Positions 24,589 through 36,048 of a DNA stretch of 44,650 bases are shown in pieces (the stretch's first letter is position 1; the number at the start of each line of letters is the position of its first letter). The DNA is taken from assembly GCF_001194135.2 (NCBI RefSeq), contig NC_069001.1, positions 18,774,850 through 18,819,499 of the forward strand, read 5' to 3'. The notes below the pieces were generated by a model. The model searched no databases and was not told the origin of the DNA. It saw only the letters and a list, made by a program, of their open reading frames with translations. This DNA comes from Octopus bimaculoides. Its lineage: Eukaryota. The translations under genes were made by a program, and so were the position numbers.

Positions 24589-24790
24589 TAGGTGCAGGCA
24601 TGGTTGTGTGCTTTAAGAAGTGTTTCTTCATGTGGTTTTGGGTTCAGTCCCATTGCATTGCATTTTGGGTGTCTTCAACAGTAGTTCTGAGACAATCAAT
24701 TTCTTGTGAAAGAAGCCTGTTGTATGCACATACGCACACACACACACATGTGTGTATTTATGTATCTGTGTCAGTGATTAGAATCTGAGT
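24589..24790 (+). mobile_element. tRNA-derived SINE (head related to family A)
   Basis: GCAGGCATGGTTGTGTGCTTTAAGAAG...GGGTTCAGTCCCATTGC. Confidence 0.7.
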
Positions 24791-25089
24791 TATAACATAA
24801 AATCTTCCATTAGCTCTGGTGCTTTTGAATTCCTCTGGTATAGACTGTTAGAATAGCTGGTGTTGCCCAGGCTGTAGAGTAGCTATAAATCACTCACAAT
24901 TACTTTGAATGAGGGTATGGTTTGTGTAATAGAACACTGTTAGATCTCCATTGGAAAGTTATCTTCCATGTAGGAAATAAAATTGTTTTCCCCTACATTT
25001 AGAGCACACTGGTGTCTAAGTGGAAACACTTATTCCATTTGGAATTATTAGTTTCAAATTTTTTCACAAGGCCAGCAATTTTGGGAAAG

Positions 25090-25265
25090 GTGGGTAAGTT
25101 GATTACTTCAACCCAGTACTCAACTGGTACTTATTTTATCAACCCTGAAGGGATGAAAGGAAAAGTCAATCTTGGTGGAATTTGAACTCAGAATGTAAAG
25201 ATGGATGAAATGCTACTAAGCATTTTGCCTGGTGTGCCAACAATTCTGCCAGCATGCCACCTTAC
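25090..25265 (-). mobile_element. tRNA-derived SINE (family B)
   Basis: Reverse complement of the unit in the 38547-39488 array (AAGGTGGC..GCTGGCAGAATTGTT..GAGTTCAAATTCC..CTTTCATCCCTTCAGGG..AAGTACCAG). Confidence 0.85.
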
Positions 25266-26829
25266 CCATTTGAAATTATTATTGAGGAGAATATCTTTTA
25301 TTTTTGGATTACAGTAGAAGAATAAGTAGAAACTGAAGTGTTAGGAGTTGACCTACCCATGGAAATAAGATCATACTTATAAAATGTGGAATCCAGAGTG
25401 CATAGAGAAGATCCCTATATCCAAACATTGGAACTGCAAATACATGCACTAATAAAGAAATAATATTAAGAGTTGTGATAACTCTTAGTTTATATGGTAC
25501 TAAAACATATTAGATCTGTGCTGGCCATAATCTCAACAATTTGGAGCATTTTCCTGTCAGCTCCTCAAGATATTCAATATTTTTGGTTTAACATTAGAGG
25601 TACTTCCAATCATCACGTGAGCATCCACTATAATGTTGGCCAAAGCAGGATTCTTCGAGATGTGGCTCTGCTATTGTTTATAATTTCTCTTGGAAGATCA
25701 CGTCTTGTTCCAAAATTTCAATTTCAGCATTGTTTCTATAGCTGCGTGCTCCTCCTAACATCATGCAATTTATAGAGTGGATTGGGTGTATTTTTTATAG
25801 CACCAGCACTACAGAGGTTGCTTTGCCATCAGTAAAAATAAAGGTCTCTCTCTCAAATTCTGCATTGTTAGGGCTCAGATTGATTGATCATATGCTGATT
25901 CTCATTACTAAATACTTTTCACAATCCTTCCAACCTTCTTTACCCTCACTTCTCGCCAAACTGCATCCCATTGGAAATTAAAACCCTGGCCACACAAACC
26001 TCATTCAAACATCCCTTGTTCTCAAATCTCAAAGGAGGTTGTCGAAAGAAATGGTGTGATTAGATCTCAGGATGCTGGGCCTCAGACAAAAAGATAACGA
26101 AACACTTTCGTGTATGGGAGACCTTTACGACCCAGGCTAAAATAGAAAATTAGACATTAAAATATTGATGATGATGAAGATGATGATATTCATATTTTAT
26201 ATTTTCATCAAGATCATTATCATCTACATCATTGTTTAATGTTTATGTCTTTCATGCTAGCATGGTTTAGGAACATTTTCTGAGTCATAGTTTTGTGGAT
26301 GCCCTTCCTGGCATAAACTCTTTTAGTCACTCTTTATGATATGCAAAGATGATTTTAAAACCAGGACACACTTGGTAAGTTCAAAGTTATCCATACAAGA
26401 ATGGAAAAGCAAACGTGAAAACAATGATGATGTGTGTGTGTGTGTATGTGACAGGCTTCTTCCAGTTTCCATCTACCAACTTAACTCACAAAGTATGAGT
26501 TAATTCATGGTTATAGTAGATATTTCTTTAGTGGTTTTTATATATTTGGTTTGAAATAATAATCTTCTTAAATACATGCGTCTCTGATGTTGAAAGACTC
26601 ACAATCTTATTTTTGCAACTTAAACTATTTTAATTGCATGTTGTCAGCGTTTTCTGCAATGTCACTAAGTACAACCTTTTCTTGTTGGTTCACCATACAT
26701 TTACAATCTGGAGGTATTAGTCATTGCAACTCATTATATAATAAAAAATATATGATATTTAACATTATATAATGTATAATATATATTATATAATATACAT
26801 TATATGTTACATAATATATGTTATATAAT

Positions 26830-28345
26830 ATCATCATCATCTTCATCATTTAATGTCCACCTTCCATGCTAGCGTGGATGGGACAGTTTCACAAGAGCCA
26901 GCCAAGCAGAAGCCTGCGCCAGACTTTTCTGACTGTTTAGGCAAGAATTTTGCAGCTGGATGCCCTTCATAACACCAACCTCGTAGCAGAGTGGACTTAG
27001 TGCTTTTTACGTGGCACAAGCACAGTTGAGGTCAGTTTTGGAAAGGTTTTTACAGCTGGATGCCCTTTCGAACGCCAACCACTTGACAGTGTAGACTGGG
27101 TACTTTTAAGTGGCACATTCACTGACAGGGTCATCAAGTACTTGCAAGACAAAAAAAAAAAGCTTTCAAAAGGGGAGGGGGCATTGGAGGAGGTGATCTT
27201 GTGCCAGATGATGAAAGGTTATAGTGAGGCAGAGAGACAGAAACAGGTGTCTTGCTGTATGAGGTCACTCGACCGGAGACAGAGATCATGAATGAAGACG
27301 GAAACAGGTGTGTTACCACAAAGGAAATACATGGTTACCCAAACTGTGAGAAGTGCAGGAGAAGGAGAGAGAGAGTGGGAGACAGCAGGATAGAGATGGA
27401 GATGGTGGCAAAATGCTGGGCATACTCAAAAGGGATGGTGATCAGAATATAAATGGGATAGTTGTGTAAAGGAAGAGTGAGATATAGATGGTGGCAAGTG
27501 CTAGGGCATACCCTTGAGGTTTGGACACCATAAGATAAGTGGCTGGATATAGGAAGTGTGATTAAAAAGTGTGGAGGTGGGGGGAGCGAGTGGGGAAAAG
27601 CTGGGTATAGAGTTGTGGGGCGGGGGCTACTGGATTGGAATGATACAGAGGAACAGAGCCATGAAGACAAGATTGGGGAGTGAGAGCTAGGCATAGTGTA
27701 TGAAGGAGGAAATGTGAGAAAGAGAAGAGATGTGGATATGTAAATTGGTTTGTTGGGGTAGGGTGAGTGAAAAATTTTCTTGTTACATGTGGGTGGAACA
27801 CACAGGTCAGAGCTAGCAGATGGCAATGATACAGTGAGACAGGGCATATGGGTGGAACACACAGATCAGGGGCTAGCAGAGAGCAATGATACAGTGGCAC
27901 TGGGCCAAGAGGACAGGATTGGGGAGTGGGAGGTAAGCATAGTGCATGAAGTGGAAATGTGAGGAAGAGAAGAGATGTAGAGGCATAGTTTGGTTTGTTG
28001 TCGTAGAGTGTGTGAGAAGTTTTCTTGTTAAGTGTGGGTGGAACACACAGCACTTCTAGAACTCAGTTTCGCTGACATGGGCAGGTCTTCTCAAGAACTT
28101 CATATCGCTAGACATCTTGGTCCATTGTCATTTCCTCCATGAGGCCCAACATCCTGAGATCAGTCCCTACCACTTCATCTCACGTCTTCTTGGGTCTCCC
28201 TCTTCCATGGGTACCATCCACTTTCAGTGATTGATACTTCTTTAGGCAGCTTTCCTTATTCGTATGCACATCTCCTGTCCAAACCAACGTTGTCTTTACA
28301 TGCTACATTTGATTCCTCTGTTTTTCCAATGTTTTTCACCAGTCT
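26830..28345 (-). mobile_element. 5'-truncated RTE LINE (C-terminus plus long 3' UTR)
   Basis: Minus-strand GRGRPKKT*DEVVGTDLRMLGL around 28130-28210; homologous to 3047-4140; (GAT)n tail. Confidence 0.85.
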
Positions 28346-29233
28346 TCAGAATGATGGGAGGCATCTATTCATGAAAGAAAAAGAAAAGAAGTTTGAAAAT
28401 TTTTTTNNNNNNNNNNNNNNNNNNNNNNNNNNNNNNNNNNNNNNNNNNNNNNNNNNNNNNNNNNNNNCCCCCCCCCCCCCTATCACCCCAGTCCAAAACG
28501 ATTTTGGCTAATTTTGTATTTTGCCCAGCATTCTTGCTTGTAACAATTGCAAATTTTTTACATACAGATTTGAAATTTTGTCAATGGGTGCTTTATATAC
28601 CACTGGTTTATTTTGTAATTTTAGCTGATCTTGCTCACTAAATTTGACTTTTATGGGCAGGTAAATTTAATTAACAGATGTAAAAGCAATAACACTATGG
28701 ATACATGCTAAAATTGAAATTCTTAATGCATCTTACCTGTCTGATTTGTTACTAAAATTATCCCAGATGGCAACCGACAAAAATTTTGCCACTTTTCAAG
28801 ATGAGATACACTAATTTGAATTAATTAAAATACAGGTATAATCAGTACAAGATTTTATTCTTTCAGTAAATATTTTGTTTTGTGAATCTTTTTTTCTTTT
28901 CCAGGTTATTTTGCATGCTTTCAATGAATGTGACATCAAAACCACGTGTAAACGGTTCCTTTTTCCAGAAAAGAAAAGATTTGACTGCTATTTCTACCAT
29001 GTTCTGCTACTACGTAACAGCTATTTGCATTCACACCGAAATATTTACCAATTTTTTTCCACTTAATGGAAGTCAATATTTTCTCTGCTGACATCCACCT
29101 GTTTATTTTGCTTTTCTCTCAGTTCTGTGCTTTCTGGAAGAAAAGCCCTCACATTATTTGAAAGCTACAAGAATTCACTAACGTGATTTGTTTATTTTCC
29201 TAAAAAATTTTGTAGAGGAATTAGATACATAAT

Positions 29234-29838
29234 TTAATTTTTCCTCTTCTTCTCCTCCATTTTGTTGATGAGATTCATGTTGCTCTTCATGAAAATTAAC
29301 ATACTAAAATTTTCATCAGGCAAGGACGATCTCTTGGCACTCAAGATGTCCTTGCCCATGGAAAATAAACATTCATTTGTTGCACTGGAAGGGATGGCTG
29401 TGTTGAACTTGATGAACAAGTCCACCAACAGTTGCTCACTCAAGAAGGCAGCATCTGTCAGTAGATCTTTGAAGTTAGTCTCCAACCAGGTCTTTACTAA
29501 ATTCTGAGCCTTGTCCTTCAGTGACCTGTGGCTTCCACTCTCTTTTTGTTGAGTGATTCTACTGAAGAAGTCATCCTCCATGTCTTCATTGTTGCTGCTC
29601 ACTTCCTCAGACTGCTGCCTCATGGCCTCCTCGACCTTGTCCTCTGTGCTTCTCCTCACCTTAGTGAACTTGGTGCTATCATACCTATCCAACCAGATGA
29701 GACGAAACCTGGGGTGGAAGGCAGCAGCGAGTTGGCATCCTTCATCATCCAAGAAGGCTGGAAATCTTTTGTCGATGCCTGCCAAAACTGCATTGAACAA
29801 GGGGCTGCAGTAGACGACAAGTTTTGGGTTAACGGAAG
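29234..29838 (-). pseudogene. hAT transposase C-terminal region incl. dimerization domain (about 200 uninterrupted codons)
   Basis: VVYCSPLFNAVLAGIDKRF, AAAFHPRFR, EDDFF, FIKFNTAIPSSATNECLFSMGKDILSAKRSSLPDENFSMLIFMKSN match the hAT C-terminal pattern (cf. Tol2 KTNTPLPASAACERLFS). Confidence 0.85.
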
Positions 29839-29965
29839 CTAAATGTAATGGAAATTAATTAGTCTGATAATGATTTTCAAAGTCAACTTACAAGTTAAAT
29901 CGTTAATGAAAATGTTAACTTCATTAATTAAGGACTATGGATTAATGGATTTACGCCCAGCTCTG
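29234..29965 (-). mobile_element. Internally deleted hAT transposon (Tol2/Ac-like) with one recognisable terminus
   Basis: Minus-strand terminus CAGAGCTGGGCGTAA at 29965 and TTAAC/TTAAT subterminal motifs, followed directly by the transposase C-terminal frame. Confidence 0.7.
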
Positions 29966-29980
29966 TATATATAGACATGT

Positions 29981-30331
29981 GTTTTATCTTTTACTTGCTT
30001 CAGTTATTAGACTGCAGCCATGCTGGGGCACCACCTTGAGGAATTTTAGTCAAATTAATCGACCGGTGTCTTTTGCTGAACTGCTAAGTTGTGGGGATGT
30101 AAACACTCCAACACCAGTTGTCAAGCTGTGGTGGTTGTGGGAGGGGGGGGTCACAAAGACACATGCACACGTAATGGGCTTCTTTCAGTTTCCGTCTGCC
30201 AAGTCCACTCACAAGGCTTTGGTGAGCCTAAGGCTATAGTTGAAGAAACTTGTCCAAGGTGCTATGCAGTAAGAGTGAACCCAGAACTATGTGGTTGGGA
30301 AGCAAACTTCTTTCCACACAGCCACACCTGT
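29981..30331 (-). mobile_element. tRNA-derived SINE (family A)
   Basis: Homologous to 23-414 along its length. Confidence 0.9.
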
Positions 30332-30399
30332 ATATTAGGTCAGGAAAATTTCAGAAAGGGTCGCAGCTGAACTAATTAGGAAGAGTTAACTTAAATTTA

Positions 30400-32172
30400 G
30401 TTTGGTTTTGTCCCAGGGAGAAGCACTACTGAGGCCATCTTCTTTGTAAGGCAACTATAGGTGATGCATTTAGCGAAAAAACAAACCGCTGTACTTAGCA
30501 TTTATCAACATGGAGGAAGTCTTTGACAGGGTCCCTTACTCCCTAATCTGATGTTTGATGCAGAAGCTTGTGTTAGATGAGTGGTTGGTAAGAGCAAAAT
30601 TAGAGAAGAAATTTCGGGTGTGGAAGCAAAGACTAGAATCAAAGGGTCTTAGAGGTATTTTAGCAAAGCCCAAAGTATAGTAAGTAGGAAAGTAAACAAA
30701 TTACTAATCCTTTCAGGGAGATAGCCCTGCTCAATATGTAGAGAAAGTTTAACTCTATATGGTGTACTCAGTGCAAGCTATAAACACATAAGTACTCAGT
30801 GCAAGCTATAAACACATAAGAAGTACAGTGGAATCACAGGAAGGTTAAACATAAAAAGTAGTCCTTATATGTAGCTGATGTACAGTTACACTAAGCACTA
30901 AGAATGTACAGGAAATAGATTTCCTCAAATGTCCACAGAGATCCTGGAAAATAGTAGAAAGTTTCCATTACCTAGGTGACCCAATTAACAGAGGAGGAGG
31001 ATGCTCTGAAAGCATAGTTACTAAAAGAACTGATCAGGCAAAATTCAGAGAGCTATTATCTTTGTAACAAAGGACCTCACCCTAAGTGTGAAAGGCAGAC
31101 TACGTGATGTCTGTGTACAGACAGCTATGCTGGAAGGTAGTGAAACATGTGAAGGCTTGAAAGAAATGAAGCTAGCATGCTCTGTTGGATGTACAATGTC
31201 AGTATGCATGCATGACAAAGTGTGAATGTTTTGAGAGAAAAATTGGATATAAGAGGCATCAGATGTAGTGTGCAAGAGACAAGACTGTGCTGGTATAGTT
31301 ATGTGATGTATATGGATAAAAACAGTTGCATGAAGAAGTGCCAATCTTTAGATGTGGAGGGAATCCATGGAAGAGGAAGACCTAAGAAAACATGGGACAA
31401 TGTGGTGAGAAATGATCATCAGATGCCAAACCTCACAGACGAGATGACAAAGACTAAGCCAATTGACAATTTGCTGTGCTTGAGGAGACCCATTCAGAAG
31501 TAAAATCGAGGCCATAAAGGCACACAATCTGTCCCTCACCCATCTTTCCAACACTCCCTCCCCTGCCCGCTATCTGCTGTATTCCCCTTTCCTCTGTCTC
31601 CCAATCTCCCTTACAAACCTATCTGCATGCAATATGCCCCTGTCAAATCTTTTCCCCACACCATATACTCCTCCTGCTACCTGTACCCACTCATTACTTC
31701 CCCCCTCCATCTCCCATTCTCCTTTTGCGATTTCAAGAACTTACCAATCTATTCGCCCTCTCCAGTTCCTGCTCCACTGCACTATATATACTTCCCTGTA
31801 ACTTAGGTGTAAGCTCCATCACATCTTCATCTTCTTATCTCTCTCCTCTATCTCTTATCTCTTTCTCTCTCTCTTTCTCCATTCTCTTTCCATCTGAGGT
31901 AACCACGTTTCTCCATTATTGCAAGATACCTATTTCTGTGTCCCTTACTTCAGGGGTCTTGTCTTGTAGGTTATTTTGTGACCTCACTGCTGCTGGTGCT
32001 ACATAAAAATCACCCTGTACACTCTGAAAATGGTTGGTATTAGGAAAGGCATCCAACTGTAGAAACCAAGCCAAAGCAGAGAGCAGAGTTTGGTGCTCTC
32101 TTCTGACTTGTCAGTTCCTGTTGAACTATCTAATCTGTGACAGTATGGAAAACCAGCATTAGTTGATGATGA
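30400..32172 (+). mobile_element. RTE LINE remnant with RT-core deletion, PHD-like finger and long 3' UTR
   Basis: QFGFVPGRSTTEAIFFVRQL, KPLYLAF..FDRVP, LESKGLR, VESFHYLGD, RGRGRPKKTW-like C-terminus; GGCATCCAACTGTAGAAAC tail motif and GATGATGAT end. Confidence 0.9.
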
Positions 32173-32750
32173 TATTGTATAAAAATACACAAAATAAAAC
32201 TGGATAAAAAACAATTTTATAAAGAATTCCACAAAAATGACAAGAATAATTGTGTAAGTTTTAAAAATCCAAGCCTAAATCAAGCTCAAATACATCACAT
32301 GGAAAATTCGCCATTATGTCACCTGTTGTTTAAGACCTCAATATTGTCTTTTGTACTAATTAATACTGCTTTCATTTTTGACAGCACAAGAACACTTGTA
32401 TGTGAGTGCATGTGTATCTCTCTAATATATACTAATATATATATAGGCAGTTTAAAACAATAGTTGCCCAATTGGAAGGAGGAAGTTAACGGTAGTAATT
32501 AACCCTCCCCCATTAGCAGCAGAATGGTAGAGCCGTTGGAAGAGGCAACAGGATATCTTACACCGCTAAGTTTGAAAGTTTGGCATATTATTGTTGTTGT
32601 TGTTGTTATTGTTGTTGTCACCATCATCGTCACCATCACTGTTATTGCTACTAGAACATTAATAACTTGTATAAAATGAACTTCTACATAGAACCTTCCA
32701 ATATATACAGAAATGACACACACACACACTCAACAAAACTTCCTTTCTAA

Positions 32751-33514
32751 NNNNNNNNNNNNNNNNNNNNNNNNNNNNNNNNNNNNNNNNNNNNNNNNNN
32801 NNNNNNNNNNNNNNNNNNNNNNNNNNNNNNNNNNNNNNNNNNNNNNNNNNNNNNNNNNNNNNNNNNNNNNNNNNNNNNNNNNNNNNNNNNNNNNNNNNNN
32901 NNNNNNNNNNNNNNNNNNNNNNNNNNNNNNNNNNNNNNNNNNNNNNNNNNNNNNNNNNNNNNNNNNNNNNNNNNNNNNNNNNNNNNNNNNNNNNNNNNNN
33001 NNNNNNNNNNNNNNNNNNNNNNNNNNNNNNNNNNNNNNNNNNNNNNNNNNNNNNNNNNNNNNNNNNNNNNNNNNNNNNNNNNNNNNNNNNNNNNNNNNNN
33101 NNNNNNNNNNNNNNNNNNNNNNNNNNNNNNNNNNNNNNNNNNNNNNNNNNNNNNNNNNNNNNNNNNNNNNNNNNNNNNNNNNNNNNNNNNNNNNNNNNNN
33201 NNNNNNNNNNNNNNNNNNNNNNNNNNNNNNNNNNNNNNNNNNNNNNNNNNNNNNNNNNNNNNNNNNNNNNNNNNNNNNNNNNNNNNNNNNNNNNNNNNNN
33301 NNNNNNNNNNNNNNNNNNNNNNNNNNNNNNNNNNNNNNNNNNNNNNNNNNNNNNNNNNNNNNNNNNNNNNNNNNNNNNNNNNNNNNNNNNNNNNNNNNNN
33401 NNNNNNNNNNNNNNNNNNNNNNNNNNNNNNNNNNNNNNNNNNNNNNNNNNNNNNNNNNNNNNNNNNNNNNNNNNNNNNNNNNNNNNNNNNNNNNNNNNNN
33501 NNNNNNNNNNNNNN
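32751..33514. other. Assembly gap
   Basis: N run. Confidence 1.
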
Positions 33515-34526
33515 ATAACATAGTCTGCCATGGACACCTGTGCTTTGGTTCTTTCTTTCTTTTTCTTTTCTTCCTTTTTTTTTGGCACTTTTGCTATGAA
33601 TTAAATTAATGAATTCAACGGGATACACCGTCTGCAAGTAGTTGGGTTCAGCATATTATCCTCCATTTTCTAATTGTTACACAAATTTTGGGTAAAACCT
33701 CCACTTTTACCCGCTCCCATTGATTGCACCTAGTATAGCACTAGTGTAGCAATAATTGGGTACCCTCCCAGCAGTATACTGGATAGATACTATCCCTTAG
33801 TGGGTTGAACCCCCAACCCCTAACTCTCTCGCGTTATATATATATATAATCATCTTTGCATATTTGCATAAACTCCTTGTGAATATCTATCAACAAAGGA
33901 TGTATATAATATAGAGACTCTTTCCTTTGGTTCAGCAACTAATAGTTTTTATAGCTATTGGTGCCAGCTAGTCAGTCATTTAAGTATGTTTAGAGAAAAA
34001 TGGAGGTTTTTCAGCTGTGGGTGATGGAAGAACAGCAGTTGATGATGATGATGTGTGTATGTGTGTGAGAAAATCTGTTTCATAGCTAAAACTCAGTATA
34101 ATAAACAAATATTAAATGTGAATTTTGAACAGTAAATTTCTCTAGAATCTGAAGTACTGGATATACTTTTGTGATTATGTTTTTAATGTCTGTTTTTATC
34201 TGTTTTCATTGGAGTTTTTGGTGTGTGCCAAAGTTGAATGCTAATTGTGTGTGTATTGTCTTTGAAGATTTTTATTTCCACTCTTAGCTGTCAGATATAC
34301 TTTGTTCTATGGCCCATAAAGACATGACATCTCAGCTCTTTGTTTTGCTGAATATCTTGCCTTAGTTTTCATGTCAGCTAGCAGATAACTGTGTTTCTCC
34401 AGCCACAAAGCCAGAAATGTAAAACAAAAACAAATTTTTTTTTCTTTTTCTCTGTTTAGCCCAATTCCAAGAAAGATAATTAAATTTTTTGTTTGTTTTT
34501 AAAGAAATGTATATCATAAACTAGAC

Positions 34527-34573
<47 letters not shown>

Positions 34574-35120
34574 TCATTGTTACTCTTGGTATAATTTCTG
34601 AATATAATCTTATCAGCATTAAGTAATTATTGTATACACTACATATTATATACTGTAGATATCTGTGACAAGTAAAATAGTTTGGGGGATTGTTTTAATA
34701 CTTCTACCAGCCCCAGTTAGTCTGGCACAAAAATATAATTGCTACTTATATATATGTGCATGTGTGTGTACATGCAAACGCATGCGTGCACACACACACG
34801 CTGTACTGTTTCCTTGGAAGAATCAACAAAAATGTGCTCAATTCAGTGAGAAGTAAGTATCATTTAATGAGTACAATATCTACTTCAAGTTGCATGATTA
34901 GATGTTAATCATATGGGCTTGTATAGTGCACCATCAATGATGGAGCAATTGTTTGAGCTCAAATGAATGGCTATTCTGTAAGGAAACACTTTCTCATGGA
35001 GTAGCCATGTTAACTGACCCTGATGGCTGCTGGAGTGTGCACAGTATGCAATACAAGACTGTCTAATAACTGATAGCTGAATATGAAACTTGAAGTAGCT
35101 CATGTATAGTTGTATTTATT

Positions 35121-35176
<56 letters not shown>

Positions 35177-35690
35177 GCATGTGTGTGGGTGGGTGTATGT
35201 GCGTCTAACAGAATTGGTAGTGTATCAGAAAACATCTCATTCTGAGTTCAAAATCCACTTGGGTCACTTTACTTTTGAATTGTTCTGAACTTTACAAAGT
35301 ACCAGTTAATAAACTAAGTACTAGAGTCAGGACAGTGTTGTCAGTGTAATCAGCTCTGCTCTAGTTGTCAGTACTCCAGCATAGCCACAGCCCAATCATT
35401 GAAACCAGTAAAGAATATAACAGATAAGTCAACTTTATTCAATCTCTTCAAATAACACACTTCTTGTAGTTTTGAAGAAGTCACTTAGTTTGAAACCTCT
35501 GAACTTGTTCTTCCTCATGCACAACATGCATACTGTTTTTATTTTACAAATTTTATCAATACGTTTTACTGATGCAGAATAAAATCTTTGAAAGAGTCAA
35601 TCATCCCCTCAAAAAGGTGATGTTCTTTTTTCCTTGTTGAAACATTAAAATTCACATCTCTCCTTAGCATACAAATGTATTCAAACTTTA

Positions 35691-35860
35691 TATTATTTAC
35701 CTTTGATGGATATTTGTTCTCATCTTGTTTGTTGTTAACACGTTTCAGTTGATATACCCTCTGGCCTTCATCAAGTGTCTTGGGGAAAATTTCAAACCTG
35801 GGTTCTCATTCCTAATGTATTTTTTGGATAATGATGATGACGTTGTTGTTCAGGCAGTGA

Positions 35861-35911
<51 letters not shown>

Positions 35912-36048
35912 TATTGAAAAATACCTAAGGAATGAGAACCAGGTTTGAAATTTCCCCAAGACACCTGATGAAGGCTAAAGTGTATATCAGCTGAAACATG
36001 TTAACAACAAACAAGATGACAACAAATATCCATCAAATGTAAATAATA
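35691..36048. repeat. About 360-bp palindrome of a hammerhead-bearing repeat
   Basis: 35691-35826 is the reverse complement of 35915-36048 with high identity; the centre is TTCAGG-cagtga-CCTGAA with GAT/GTT vs AAT microsatellite arms. Confidence 0.9.
35961..36002 (+). ncRNA. Degenerate minimal type I hammerhead ribozyme motif
   Basis: ACAC-CTGATGA-A-GGCT..loop..AGCT-GAAAC-ATGTT: core and stem II present; the NUH cleavage site and stem I 3' strand look truncated. Confidence 0.5.

Noticed and set aside
654-24788. Many track ORFs rich in YI/CV/HT/ER/SL dipeptides or hydrophobic F/L/S runs
   Set aside because: They are translations of microsatellites and pyrimidine tracts, which lack stops by composition.
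25880-26190. Possible further RTE C-terminal remnant (LDLRMLGL, GAT tail)
   Set aside because: Too few motifs to set boundaries with confidence.
29234-29800. Domesticated hAT host gene
   Set aside because: A transposon-like terminus lies about 125 bp upstream, no earlier exons are seen, and the ERLF motif is mutated; kept only as a TE finding.
34009-34052. Possible second exon (A)VGDGRTAVDDDD in phase with the 18078 donor
   Set aside because: Weak polypyrimidine tract, the acidic run is a GAT microsatellite, and there is no good donor.
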